From Macrostomum lignano (lineage: Eukaryota): DNA of 64,000 nt. This document shows positions 1 to 13,075 of the stretch, piece after piece. Location: positions 124,001 through 188,000 of the forward strand of contig NIVC01001551.1 in assembly GCA_002269645.1 (NCBI GenBank). Reading direction: 5' to 3'. The translations under genes and the position numbers were made by a program. Below the pieces are notes generated by a model. That model saw only the letters and a program-made list of their open reading frames with translations. It was not told where the DNA came from and ran no database searches. Each line of letters opens with the position of its first letter. The stretch's first letter is position 1.

Positions 1-271
1 CAGCTGCATGGTAATAGAAATTCTATATCGCTCGTCTCTATTTTCCCAAGCTAGCAGCATCCCCCCGTTAGCATCTGCTGCGGCTTTCATTCTGAATATC
101 TGCAAATTCGAAACCGCCTGCTCAGAGCTGGTCGTGGCGACGAAGAATCGGCTAATTTGCCTTTCAATTTGCGGCCTTTTGGCCCACTTTGCATCTCATT
201 TATCCGTTCCGTGGCCGAGAATAAAAATATTATTTTCATCTCCTGAGCTGTCCTGGCTGGGCCTACTCACC

Positions 272-967
272 ACTGTCTGCATCTCACCCCTGTCTGCATC
301 TCACCCCTGTCTGCATCTCACCCTGTCTGCATCTCTCCCCTGTCTGCATCTCACCCCTGTCTGCATCTCACCCCTGTCTGCATCTCACCCCTGTCTGCAT
401 CTCACCCCTGTCTGCATCTCACCCCTGTCTGCATCTCACCCCTGTCTGCATCTCATCCCTGTCTGCATCTCATCCCTGTCTGCATCTCACCCCTGTCTGC
501 ATCTCACCCCTGTCTGCATCTCACCCCTGTCTGCATCTCACCCCTGTCTGCATCTCACCCCTGTCTGCATCTCACCCCTGTCTGCATCTCACCCCTGTCT
601 GCATCTCACCCCTGTCTGCATCTCACCCCTGTCTGCATCTCATCCCTGTCTGCATCTCACCCCTGTCTGCATCTCACCCCTGTCTGCATCTCACCCCTGT
701 CTGCATCTCACCCCTGTCTGCATCTCACCCCTGTCTGCATCTCACCCCTGTCTGCATCTCACCCCTGTCTGCATCTCACCCCTGTCTGCATCTCACCCCT
801 GTCTGCATCTCACCCCTGTCTGCATCTCACCCCTGTCTGCATCTCACCCCTGTCTGCATCTCACCCCTGTCTGCATCTCACCCCTGTCTGCATCTCACCC
901 CTGTCTGCATCTCACCCCTGTCTGCATCTCACCCCTGTCTGCATCTCACCCCTGTCTGCATCTCACC
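272..967. repeat. 17-bp minisatellite (TCTGCATCTCACCCCTG)n, about 40 copies
   Basis: Direct reading gives a 17-bp period (TGCATC at 481 and 498). It explains the 8..991 ORF. Confidence 0.95.
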
Positions 968-1014
968 GTGTCTCTCAAACTGAAACTCTAAACCAAACCA
1001 AACCGAAACCGAGA

Positions 1015-1470
1015 TCTCTCTGTCTTCCTATCTGCCTCCCTCTTTTTTGTCTCTCTGCGTCTCCCCCTGTATCTCCCTCCCTGTCTCCCTCTCTGCCTCC
1101 CTCTCTGCCTTCCTCTCTCTGTCTCCCTCTCTCTGTCTCCCTCTATCTGTCTTCCTCTCTGTCTCCCTCTTTGTCTCCCTCTCTGTCTCCCTCTTTGTTG
1201 TCTTCATCTCTGTCTCCCTCTCTGTCTCCCTCTCTTTGTCTCCCTCTCTTTGTCTCCCTCTGTCTTCCTCTCTGTCTCCCTCTCTGTCTCCCTCTTTGTC
1301 TCCCTCTCTGCCTCCCTCTCTGTCTCCCTCTTTGTCTCCCTCTCTGCCTCCCTCTCTGTCTCCCTCTTTGTTGTATTCATCTCTGTCTCCCTCTCTGTCT
1401 CCCTCACTGTCTCCCTATCTGTTGTCTCCCTCTGTATCTCCCTCTCTGTCTCCCTCTCTGTCTCCCTCTA
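1015..1470. repeat. CT-rich degenerate ~12-bp repeat (TCTCTGTCTCCC)n
   Basis: Pyrimidine-rich low-complexity tract. Confidence 0.9.
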
Positions 1471-2769
1471 TACATAAGTTTTCCTCTCTACTTATGTCTC
1501 GAGTTGTTTGCTAAATTTATTTTTTTAGAAAAAAGCCGTTCAAATCAAAGCATTATTTCGTCAGGAATAGTTTGCTAGCCAGTTCATTCTTACTGGCTTA
1601 TAGAAGTATGGAAAACCTGACTGCTCGAATATTTCAGCCAGAGGAGATCCCAGCACTCACTGAATCTCGGTAACTCAGTTTTCTGTCAAAGCTTCTAGTG
1701 TTGATAAAGAGAGCTGCATTAAGAGTCTGTTGGTGCCGATGGGATAATGGGATGAGGAAACTGGGAGAATTGAAGGGAAAATATCGGGCCGAGAGCCTGA
1801 GGCTGTTTATCAGCCGGAACGGGGGGTGTGAATGAAATTATTCAACAGTTCTGACCATTGTGGCTGCGGGAGCGGCCGAGGGGCAGAAGACAATTTGCCG
1901 GTTGTAATGAGCTCAGTCCACTTGTCGCCGAGGGGTCGCCTGACCCCCATTAGCCCGGCCAATAAAACTTGGGAAATTCTCCCAGAAATTGAATTGTTCT
2001 CAACTGAGAAGGAGGAGAGCGGGAGACGGGCAGGCAGGGCCTCAAGGCAAACCGGAGCGCCCGAGGTCAATGCAGAGAAGACTTGCGTAAATTGAAGCTG
2101 AACAGAAAATGTGGGGGTTCAGGCAGGGTGCTGTGGATAAACCGTTTATTCAGAGGCGAACTCAAGCAACAAAATCCTATATACTAAAAATGAGTTGTCT
2201 GTATGTGGGTAGGTATGCGATAGATTTCAGAAAAAATGGCTCAACCGATTTTCTTCAAACTTGCACCATTCGATCAGAAATTTTCCTGGGACGGTACATG
2301 CATCTTGGCTAAGAAATTGCTCAATGTTAAAGGGATTAAATATTCGAAAAACCTGCTTTTTGCAAAGGTCAAGCAGCTCTTTCGACCTAAAATTCATTGT
2401 AAGAATGCTAGAGAAAAAAACTGACTGGCTGAATTCTGATTGTCATAAAGATTGCATCACAACAAGTTGAAAACAGTGCCGAAGAAATGCACACACGACT
2501 TGATTTAAATTGCGTAACCATATTGCTAACTTGAACTGAGACTGATACTGGCTGACTGAGAAATTGATTATGTCATAACTTTTTACCCCAATTGACTTGC
2601 TGTAAGAATTTAATTATAAGGGCCACAATTCATGTACTCCAATTGAAAAGAGATAGCCTAGATACGAACAGACTGGACTGCCAACGTAGCGACCTGGGTT
2701 CGAATCTTAGTAGTGCAAAATAATTTTTTTATAAAACACCTTGAAAACACGAAACTGCTAAACATAAAA

Positions 2770-4140
2770 AAGCACAATGTCAAACATAAAAGAGGCACCA
2801 TGTCAAACATTACATGGGCACCATGTAAAACAAATACGTGACTCTATGTCAAACATTAAAGAGCCACCATGTGAAACATTAAAGAGTCACCATTTCGAAC
2901 ATTAAAGAGCCACCACGTCGAACATTAAAGTGCCACCATGTCAAACGTAAAAGAGCCACCATGAAGAACATTAAAGAGCCACCATGCCAAACATAAAAGA
3001 GCCACTATGTCGAACATTAAAGAGCTAGCATGTCAAACATTAAAGAGCCACCATGTCGAACATTAAAGAGCCACCATTTCGAACATAAAAGAGCCGCCAT
3101 GTAAAACATTAAAGAGCCACATTGTCAAACATAAAAGAGCCACCATGTAAGACATTTAAGAGCCATCATGTGAAACATTTAAGAGCCACCATGTCGAACA
3201 TAAAAGAGCTACCATGTCAAACCTAAAAGAGCCACCATGTCAAATCTAAAAAAGCCACCATGTCGAACATAAACGAACCTTTATGTCGTACATTAAAGAG
3301 CCACCATGTCAAACATTAAAGAGCCACCATGTCAAACATAAAAGAGCCACAATGTCAAACATAGAAGAGCCACAATGTCAGATATTAAAAAGCCACCGTA
3401 TCAAACATAAAAGAGTTACCATGTAGAACAAAAAAGAGCCACCATGTCGAACATAAAAGAGCCACCATGTCAAGCATAAAAGAGCCACCATGTCAAACAT
3501 TAAAGAGCCACCATGTCGAACATTAAAGAGCCACCATGTCAAGCATAAAAGAGCCACCATGTCAAACATTAAAGAGCCATGTCAAACACTAAAGAGCCAA
3601 CATGTCGAACATAAAAGAGCCACCATGTCAAACATTAAAGAGCCACCATGTCAAACATAAAAGAGCCACCATGTCAAACATTAAAGAGCCACCATATCGA
3701 ACACTAAAGAGCCACCATGTCAAACATATGTGACTCCATGTCAAATATATACGTGACTCCATGTCACACATAAAAGAGCCACCATGTAAAACATATACAT
3801 ATGACTACATAACAAACATTAAACAGCCACCATGTCGAACATTAAAGAGCCATCATGTCAAACATAAAAGAGCCACCATGTCATAAATTAAAGACCCACC
3901 ATGTCAAACATTAAAGAGCCACCATGTCAAACATTAAAGAGCCACCATGTCAAACATTAAAGAGCCACATGTCGAACATAAAAGAGCCACTTTGTCAAAC
4001 ATCTACGAGTCACCATGTCAAGCGTATACATGACTCCATTTCAGACATTAAAGTGCCACCATGTCAAACATAAAAGAGCCACCAGCTCAAACATTAAAGA
4101 GCCACCATGTCAGACACAAAACAGCTACCATGTCAAACAT
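2770..4140. repeat. Satellite A, ~22-bp unit (AAACATTAAAGAGCCACCATGTC), Helitron unit 1
   Basis: Direct reading. The same satellite occurs at ~5990-7197 and ~9040-12230. Confidence 0.95.
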
Positions 4141-4142
4141 AA

Positions 4143-5235
4143 ATGGGGTGCCTACTATCTTGGAGTGCTTGCTATCTGGAGATGCGTGCTATCTGGGGGT
4201 GCTTGCTATCTGGGGGATGCTTGCTATCTTGGGGGTTCTAGCTATCTGGGGGTGCTTGCTATTAGGTGGATGCTTGCTATCTGGGGTGCCTGCTATCTTG
4301 GAGTGCTTGCTATCTGGAGATGCGTGCTATCTGGGGGTGCTTGCTATCTGGGGGTGCTTGCTATCTGGGGGTGCTTGCTATCTGGGGTGCTTGCTATTAG
4401 GTGGATGCTTGCTATCTGGGGTGCCTGCTATCTGGGGGTTCTTGCTATCTGGGGGTGCTTGCTATCTGGGGGTGCTTGCTATTAGGTGGATGCTTGCTAT
4501 CTGGGGTGCCTGCTATCTGGGGGTGCTTGCTATCTGGAGATGCTTGCTATCTGGGGGTGCTTGCTATTAGGTGGATGCTTGCTATCTGGGGTGCCTGCTA
4601 TCTGGGGGTGCTTGCTATCTAGAGATGCTTGCTATCTGGGGGTGCTTGCTATCTGGGGGTGCTTGCTATCTGGGGGTGCTTGCTATTAGGTGGATGCTTG
4701 CTATCTGGGGGTGCTTGCTTAGGTGGATGCTTGCTATCTGGGGGTGCTTGCTATTAGGTGGATGCTTGCTATCTGGGGGTGCTTGCTATCTGGAGATGCT
4801 TGCTATCTGGGGGTGCTTGCTATCTGGGGGTGCTTGCTATCTAAGGGTGCTTGCTATTAGGTGGATGCTTGCTATCTTGGGGTGCTTGCTATTAGGTGGA
4901 TGCTTGCTATCTGGGGTGCCTGCTATCTGGGGGTGCTTGCTATCTAGAGATGCTTGCTACTTGGGGTGCTTGCTATCTGGGGGTGCTTGCTATCTGGGGG
5001 TGCTTGCTATCTAAGGGTGCTTGCTATTAGGTGGATGCTTGCTATCTTGGGGTGCTTGCTATTAGGTGGATGCTTGCTATCTGGGGTGCCTGCTATCTGG
5101 GGGTGCTTGCTATCTGGAGATGCTTGCCTTGCTATCCAAGGGTGCTTGCTATCTGGGGATGCTTGCTATCTAAGGGTGCTTGCTATTAGGTGGATGCTTG
5201 CTATCTGGGGGTGCTTGCTATCTGGGGGGTTGCTT
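4143..5235. repeat. Satellite B, ~17-bp unit (GGGGGTGCTTGCTATCT), Helitron unit 1
   Basis: Direct reading. It is repeated at ~7200-8290, with only a few copies at ~12300-12385. Confidence 0.95.
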
Positions 5236-5989
5236 GCTGTCCTGGGATATTTTTTTGCATTGCACTTCATTTGAGCAGTTTTTCTATTGTCTATGTGAAG
5301 GCTTTATTTGGCCGTCTTTTTGATACTTGTAGAGTGCCAGAGATTCTATCTAGATGCCCCCCATCGGGGGGCGAAGATTGCTAGTCCTATATACTAAAAA
5401 TGAGTTGTCTGTATGTGGGTAGGTATGCGATAGATTTCAGAAAAAATGGCTCAACCGATTTTCTTCAAACCTGCACCATTTGATCAGAAATTTTCCTGGG
5501 ACGGTACATGCATCTTGGCTAAGAAATTGCTCAATGTTAAAGGGATTAAATATTCGAAAAACCTGCTTTTTGCAAAGGTCAAGCAGCTCTTTCGACCTAA
5601 AATTCATTGTAAGAATGCTAGAGAAAAAACTGACTGGCTGAATTCCGATTGTGATAAAGATTACATCACAACAAGTTGAAAACAGTGCCGAAGAAATGCA
5701 CACACGACTTGATTTAAATTGCGTAACCATATTACTAACTCAAATTGAGACTGATACTGGCTGACTGAGAAATTGATTATGTCATAACTTTTTACTTCAA
5801 TTGACTTGCTGTAAGAATTGAATTATAAGGGCCACAATTCACGTTCTCCAATTGGAAAGATATAGCCAAGATGCGAACAGACTGGAATGCTAATGTAGCG
5901 ACCTGGGTTCGAATCTTAGTAGTGCAAAAAGATTTTTTTTATCAAAACACCTTAAAAACACAACAAAGCTGCTAAACATAATAGAAGCG

Positions 5990-7197
5990 CAATGTCAAAC
6001 AACGAAGAGCGACCATGTCGAACATTATAGAGCCAACATTTCGAATATAAAAGAGTTACCATGTCAAACATAAAATAAGCACTATGTCAAACATATACGT
6101 GACTCCATGTCAACGATTAAAAAGCCACCATTTCAAACATAGAAGAGCCACTATGTCAGATATTAAAAAGCCACCGTATCAAACATAAAAGAGTTACCAT
6201 GTAGAACAAAAAAGAGCCACCATGTCGAACATAAAAGAGCCACCATGTCAAGCATAAAAGAGCCACCATGTCAAACATTAAAGAGCCACCATGTCGAACA
6301 TTAAAGAGCCACCATGTCAAGCATAAAAGAGCCACCATGTCAAACATTAAAGAGCCATGTCAAACACTAAAGAGCCAACATGTCGAACATAAAAGAGCCA
6401 CCATGTCAAACATTAAAGAGCCACCATGTCAAACATAAAAGAGCCACCATGTCAAACATTAAAGAGCCACCATATCGAACACTAAAGAGCCACCATGTCA
6501 AACATATGTGACTCCATGTCGAATATATACGTGCCTCCATGTCACACATAAAAGGGCCACCATGTAAAACATATACATATGACTACATAACAAACATTAA
6601 ACAGCCCACCATGTCGAACATTAAAGAGCCATCATGTCAAACATAAAAGAGCCACCATGTCAAACATTAAAGAGCCACCATGTCAGACATTAAAGAGCCA
6701 CTATGTCAAACATAAAAGAGCCACCATGTCAAACATTAAAGAGCCACCATATCGAACACTAAAGAGCCACCATGTCAAACATATGTGACTCCATGTCAAA
6801 TATATACGTGACTCCATGTCACACATAAAAGAGCCACCATGTAAAACATATACATATGACTACATAACAAACATTAAACAGCCACCATGTCGAACATTAA
6901 AGAGCCATCATGTCAAACATAAAAGAGCCACCATGTCATAAATTAAAGACCCACCATGTCAAACATTAAAGAGCCACCATGTCAAACATTAAAGAGCCAC
7001 CATGTCAAACATTAAAGAGCCACATGTCGAACATAAAAGAGCCACTTTGTCAAACATCTACGAGTCACCATGTCAAGCGTATACATGACTCCATTTCAGA
7101 CATTAAAGTGCCACCATGTCAAACATAAAAGAGCCACCAGCTCAAACATTAAAGAGCCACCATGTCAGACACAAAACAGCTACCATGTCAAACATAA
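5990..7197. repeat. Satellite A array, Helitron unit 2
   Basis: Same unit as 2770-4140. Confidence 0.93.
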
Positions 7198-7199
7198 AT

Positions 7200-8290
7200 G
7201 GGGTGCCTACTATCTTGGAGTGCTTGCTATCTGGAGATGCGTGCTATCTGGGGGTGCTTGCTATCTGGGGGGATGCTTGCTATCTTGGGGGTTCTAGCTA
7301 TCTGGGGTGCTTGCTATTAGGTGGATGCTTGCTATCTGGGGTGCCTGCTATCTTGGAGTGCTTGCTATCTGGAGATGCGTGCTATCTGGGGGTGCTTGCT
7401 ATGTGGGGGTGCTTGCTATCTGGGGGTGCTTGCTATCTGGGGGTGCTTGCTATTAGGTGGATGCTTGCTATCTGGGGTGCCTGCTATCTGGGGGTTCTTG
7501 CTATCTGGGGGTGCTTGCTATCTGGGGGTGCTTGCTATTAGGTGGATGCTTGCTATCTGGGGTGCCTGCTATCTGGGGGTGCTTGCTATCTGGAGATGCT
7601 TGCTATCTGGGGGTGCTTGCTATTAGGTGGATGCTTGCTATCTGGGGTGCCTGCTATCTGGGGGTGCTTGCTATCTAGAGATGCTTGCTATCTGGGGGTG
7701 CTTGCTATCTGGGGTGCTTGCTATCTGGGGGTGCTTGCTATTAGGTGGATGCTTGCTATCTGGGGGTGCTTGCTATTAGGTGGATGCTTGCTATCTGGGG
7801 GTGCTTGCTATTAGGTGGATGCTTGCTATCTGGGGGTGCTTGCTATCTGGAGATGCTTGCTATCTGGGGGTGCTTGCTATCTGGGGGTGCTTGCTATCTA
7901 AGGGTGCTTGCTATTAGGTGGATGCTTGCTATCTTGGGGTGCTTGCTATTAGGTGGATGCTTGCTATCTGGGGTGCCTGCTATCTGGGGGTGCTTGCTAT
8001 CTAGAGATGCTTGCTACTTGGGGTGCTTGCTATCTGGGGGTGCTTGCTATCTGGGGGTGCTTGCTATCTAAGGGTGCTTGCTATTAGGTGGATGCTTGCT
8101 ATCTTGGGGTGCTTGCTATTAGGTGGATGCTTGCTATCTGGGGTGCCTGCTATCTGGGGGTGCTTGCTATCTGGAGATGCTTGCCTTGCTATCCAAGGGT
8201 GCTTGCTATCTGGGGATGCTTGCTATCTAAGGGTGCTTGCTATTAGGTGGATGCTTGCTATCTGGGGGTGCTTGCTATCTGGGGGTTGCT
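7200..8290. repeat. Satellite B array, Helitron unit 2
   Basis: Near-identical to 4143-5235. Confidence 0.93.
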
Positions 8291-9039
8291 TGCTGTCCTG
8301 GGATATTTTTTTGCATTGCACTTCATTTGAGCAGTTTTTCTATTGTCTATGTGAAGGCTTTATTTGGCCGTCTTTTTGATACTTGTAGAGTGCCAGAGAT
8401 TCTATCTAGATGCCCCCATCGGGGGCGAAGATTGCTAGTCCTATATACTAAAAATGAGTTGTCTGTATGTGGGTAGGTATGCGATAGATTTCAGAAAAAA
8501 TGGCTCAACCGATTTTCTTCAAACCTGCACCATTTGATCAGAAATTTTCCTGGGACGGTACATGCATCTTGGCTAAGAAATTGCTCAATGTTAAAGGGAT
8601 TAAATATTCGAAAAACCTGCTTTTTGCAAAGGTCAAGCAGCTCTTTCGACCTAAAATTCATTGTAAGAATGCTAGAGAAAAAACTGACTGGCTGAATTCC
8701 GATTGTGATAAAGATTACATCACAACAAGTTGAAAACAGTGCCGAAGAAATGCACACAAGACTTGATTTAAATTGCGTAACCATATTACTAACTCAAATT
8801 GAGACTGATACTGGCTGACTGAGAAATTGATTATGTCATAACTTTTTACTTCAATTGACTTGCTGTAAGAATTGAATTATAAGGGCCACAATTCACGTTC
8901 TCCAATTGGAAAGATATAGCCAAGATGCGAACAGACTGGAATGCTAATGTAGCGACCTGGGTTCGAATCTTAGTAGTGCAAAAAGATTTTTTTTATCAAA
9001 ACACCTTAAAAACACAACAAAGCTGCTAAACATAATAGA

Positions 9040-12000
9040 AGCGCAATGTCAAACAACGAAGAGCGACCATGTCGAACATTATAGAGCCAACATTTCGAAT
9101 ATAAAAGAGTTACCATGTCAAACATAAAATAAGCACTATGTCAAACATATACGTGACTCCATGTCAACGATTAAAAAGCCACCATTTCAAACATAGAAGA
9201 GCCACTATGTCAAACCTAAACAAGCCACCACGTCTAACATTTAAGAGCCACCATGTCAAACATTTAAGAGCCACCATGTCAAACATTAAAGAGCCCCCAT
9301 GTCAAACATTTAAGAGCCACCATGTCAAACATTTAAGAGCCACCATGTCAAACATATATGTGACTTTATGTCAAACTTTAAAGAGCCACCATTTCGAACA
9401 TCAAATAGCCACTTTGTCGAAAATTAAAGAGCCACCGTGTCAAACATAGAAGAGCCACCATGTTAAACATAGAAGAGCCACCATGTCAGACATTAAAAAG
9501 CCACCGTATCAAACATAAAAGAGTTACCATGTAGAACAAAAAACAGCCACCATGTCGAACATAAAAGAGCCAACATGAAGAATATTAAAGAGCCACCATG
9601 AAGAACATTAAAGAGCCACCATGAAGAACATTAAAGAGCCACCATGAAGAACATTAAAGAGCCACAATGTCAAACATAAAAGAGCCACCATGTCAGACAT
9701 TAAAAAGCCACCGTATCAAACATAAAAGAGTTACCATGTAGAACATTAAAGAGCCACCATTTCAAACAGTAAAGAGCCACCATGTCAAACATAAAAGAGC
9801 CACCATGTCAAACATTAAAAAGCCACCATGTCAAACATAAAAGAGCCACCATGTAGAATATTAAAGAGCCACCATGAAGAACATTAAAGAGCCACCATGT
9901 CAAACATTTAAGAGCCACCATGTCAAACATTTAAGAGCCACCATCTCAAACATATATGTGACTTTATGTCAAACTTTAAAGAGCCACCATTTCGAACATT
10001 AAATAGCCACTTTGTCAAACACTAGAGAGCCGCCGTGTCAAACATAAAAGAGCCACCAGGTTAAACATTAAAGAGCCACCATGTCAGACATTAAAAAGCC
10101 ACCGTATCAAACATAAAAGAGTTACCGTGTAGAACATTAAAGAGCCACTATTTCACACAGTAAAGAGCCACCATGTCAAACATAAAAGAGCCACCATGTC
10201 AAACATTAAAAAGCTACCATGTCGAACATAAAAGAGCCACCATGTCAAACATTAAAAAGCTACCATGTCGAACATTAAAGAGCTACCATGTCAAACATTA
10301 AAGAGCCACCATGTCAAACATTAAAGAGCCACCATGGCGAACATTAAAGAGCCACCATGGCGAACATTAAAGAGCCACCATGTCAAACATTAAAAGTCAC
10401 CATGCTAAACATTAAAGAGCCACCATATCAAGCATAAAAGAGGCACCATGTCAAACCTAAAAGAGCCATCATGTCAAACATAAAAGAGCCAACATGTCAA
10501 ACATTAAAAAGCTACCATGTCGAACATTAAAGAGCTACCATGTCAAACATTAAAGAGCTATCATGTCGAACACAAAATAGCCACCATGTCAAACATTGAA
10601 GAGACACTATGTCAAACGTATACGTGACTCCATGTCAAACATAAAAGTGCCACCATGTCAAACTTTAAAGAGCCACCATGGCGAACATTAAAAAGCCACC
10701 ATGTCAAACATAAAAGTGCCACCATGTCAAACATTAAAGAGCCACCATGTCGAACATTAAAGAGCCACCATGTCAAACACTAAAGAGCCACCATGGCGAA
10801 CATTAAAGAGCCACCATGGCGAACATTAAAGAGCCACCATGTCAAACATAAAAGAGCCACCATGTCAAACATTAAAAGTCACCATGCTAAACATTAAAGA
10901 GCCACCATATCAAGCATAAAAGAGCCACCATGTCAAACCTAAAAGAGCCATCATGTCAAACATAAAAGAGCCAACATGTCAAACATAAAACAGCCAACAT
11001 GTCAAACATAAAGAGCCACCATGTCAAACATTTAAGAGCCACCATGTCAAACATATATGTGACTTTGTGTCAAACATTAAAGAGCCACCTTTTCGAACAT
11101 TAAAGAGCCACCATTTCGAACATTAAAGAGCCACCATGTCAAACATGAAAGAGCTATAACATGAAGAATATTAAAGAGCCACCATGTCGAACATTTAAGA
11201 GCCACCATGTTAAACCTAAAAGAGCCACCATGTTAAACCTAAAAGAGCCACCATGTTAAACCTAAAAGAGCCACCATGTTAAACCTAAAAGAGCCATCAT
11301 GTTAAACCTAACAGAGCCATCATGTCAAACCTAAAAGAGCCACCATGTCGAACATTTAAGAGCGACAATGTAAAATATTAAAGAGCCACCATTTCGAACA
11401 TATAAGTGACTTTATGTCAAACATTAAAGAGCCACCATGTCAAACATTAAAGAGCCACCATGTCAAACATTAAAGAGCCACCATGTTAAACATAAAAGAG
11501 CCACCATGTAGAATATTAAAGAGCCACTATGTTGAACATTAAACAGCCATCATGTCAAACCTAAAAGATCCACCATTTCGAACACTTAAGAGCCACAATG
11601 TAGAATATTAAAGAGCTACCATGTCAAACATTTAAGAGCCACCATGTAAAACATTAAAGAGCCACCATTTGAAACATTAAAGAGTCACCATGTCAAACAT
11701 TAAGGAGCCACCATGTCAAACATTTAAGAGCCACCATGTCAAACCTAAAAGAGCCACCATGTCAAACATAAAAGAGCCACCATGTCAAACATAAAAGAGC
11801 CACCATGTCAAACATAAAAGAGCCACCATGAAAAACATTAAAGAGCCACTTTCTCGAACATTAAAGAGCCACCATTTCGAACATTTAAGAGCCACCATGT
11901 CAATTATATATGTGTCTTTATGTCAAACATTAAAGAGCCACCATTTCGAACATTAAGGAGCCACCATGTCAAACATTTAAAAGCCTCCTTTTGAAACATT

Positions 12001-12230
12001 AAATAGCCACTTTGTCGAACATTAAAGAGCCACTGTGTCAAACATAAAAGAGCCACTGTTTCAAACATAAAAGAGCCACCAGGTTAAACATTAAAGAGCC
12101 ACCATGTCAAACATAAAAGAGCCACCATGTCTGACATTAAAAAGCCATCGTTTCAAACATAAAACAGTTGCCATGTAGAACATAAAACAGCCACCATGTC
12201 AAACATAAAATTTACACAATTTCAAACATA
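9040..12230. repeat. Satellite A array (expanded, ~3.2 kb), Helitron unit 3
   Basis: Same unit as 2770-4140. Confidence 0.93.
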
Positions 12231-12707
12231 AAAGTAAGCGAATTTTAAAGGAGCCACTATAATGCTAAGGAAATTGTCGCACTAGCTACTTATTGTCTGG
12301 TGGATGCTTGCTATTTGGGGATGCTATCTATGTAGGGGATGCTTGCTATCTGGGGGATGCTTGCTATCTGGGGGATGCTTGCTTTCTTGGGATGATTTCT
12401 TTTTGCATTGCACTTCCTTTGAGTATTTTGTCTGTTTTCTTTGTGAAGGCCTTTTTTGGCTATCTTTTTGTTACTTGTAGAGAACAGAGGTTCTATACAG
12501 ATGTCCCCCAAAGGGGGGCGAAGATTGCTAGTTATCCAACTATTTTTCATATTCTTTTTCGATTCTATCAGGATGCAATGAAGTGGGGAGACAAATTTAA
12601 AGACGGAGATAAATAGGGTGAGGAGAAACAAGGGTAGAGATGGCAGAGTCTGTGCATGGTAATGCTTGTAAATATTTGGTAGAAGACTTGTTCTAAATGT
12701 CTGTATG

Positions 12708-13075
12708 AATAGATATCTGGTAGATAGATATCTGGTAGATAGATATCTGGTAGATAGATATCTGGTAGATAGATATCTGGTAGATAGATATCTGGTAGAT
12801 AGATATCTGGTAGATAGATATCTGGTGGATAGATATCTGGTAGATGGATATCTGGTAGATAGATATCTGGTAGATGGATATCTGGTAGATAGATATCTGG
12901 TAGATAGATATCTGGTGGATAGATATCTGGTAGATAGATATCTGGTAGATAGATATCTGGTAGATGGATATCTGGTAGATAGATATCTGGTAGATAGATG
13001 CATGGTAGATAGATGCATGGTAGATAGATGCATGGTAGATAGATGCATGGTAGATAGATGCATGTTAGATAGATG
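12708..13075. repeat. 15-bp minisatellite (GATAGATATCTGGTA)n
   Basis: Direct reading. It grades into GATAGATGCATGGTA at the 3-prime end. Confidence 0.95.

Larger units (their letters stand above)
2175..12531 (+). mobile_element. Three head-to-tail non-autonomous Helitron units (2175-5384, 5385-8438, 8439-12531) carrying satellite arrays
   Basis: Each unit starts TCCTATATACTAAAAATGAG and ends with a GC hairpin (GCCCCCC-ATC-GGGGGGC at 5356-5372; GCCCCC-ATC-GGGGGC at 8412-8426; GTCCCCC-AAA-GGGGGGC at 12503-12519), 8 nt, then CTAG. The block sits between A (2174) and T (12532) with no TSD. These match the established Helitron 5-prime TC, 3-prime hairpin-CTRR and A^T target. No RepHel ORF is present. 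Confidence 0.87.

Noticed and set aside
8-991. 327-aa ORF
   Set aside because: Most of it is the 17-bp minisatellite, which has no stop in any frame; there is no protein-like content.
2236-2470. Recurrent small ORFs (MAQPIFFK...) at 2236, 5446 and 8500, and reverse ORFs at 5437 and 8491
   Set aside because: They lie in the Helitron head, have different lengths and stops among copies, are disrupted in the 55052 relative, and show no Rep or helicase motifs.
4015-8379. Many overlapping Cys/Gly/Leu-rich ORFs (GACYLGVLAIW)
   Set aside because: These are translations of satellite B in all frames.
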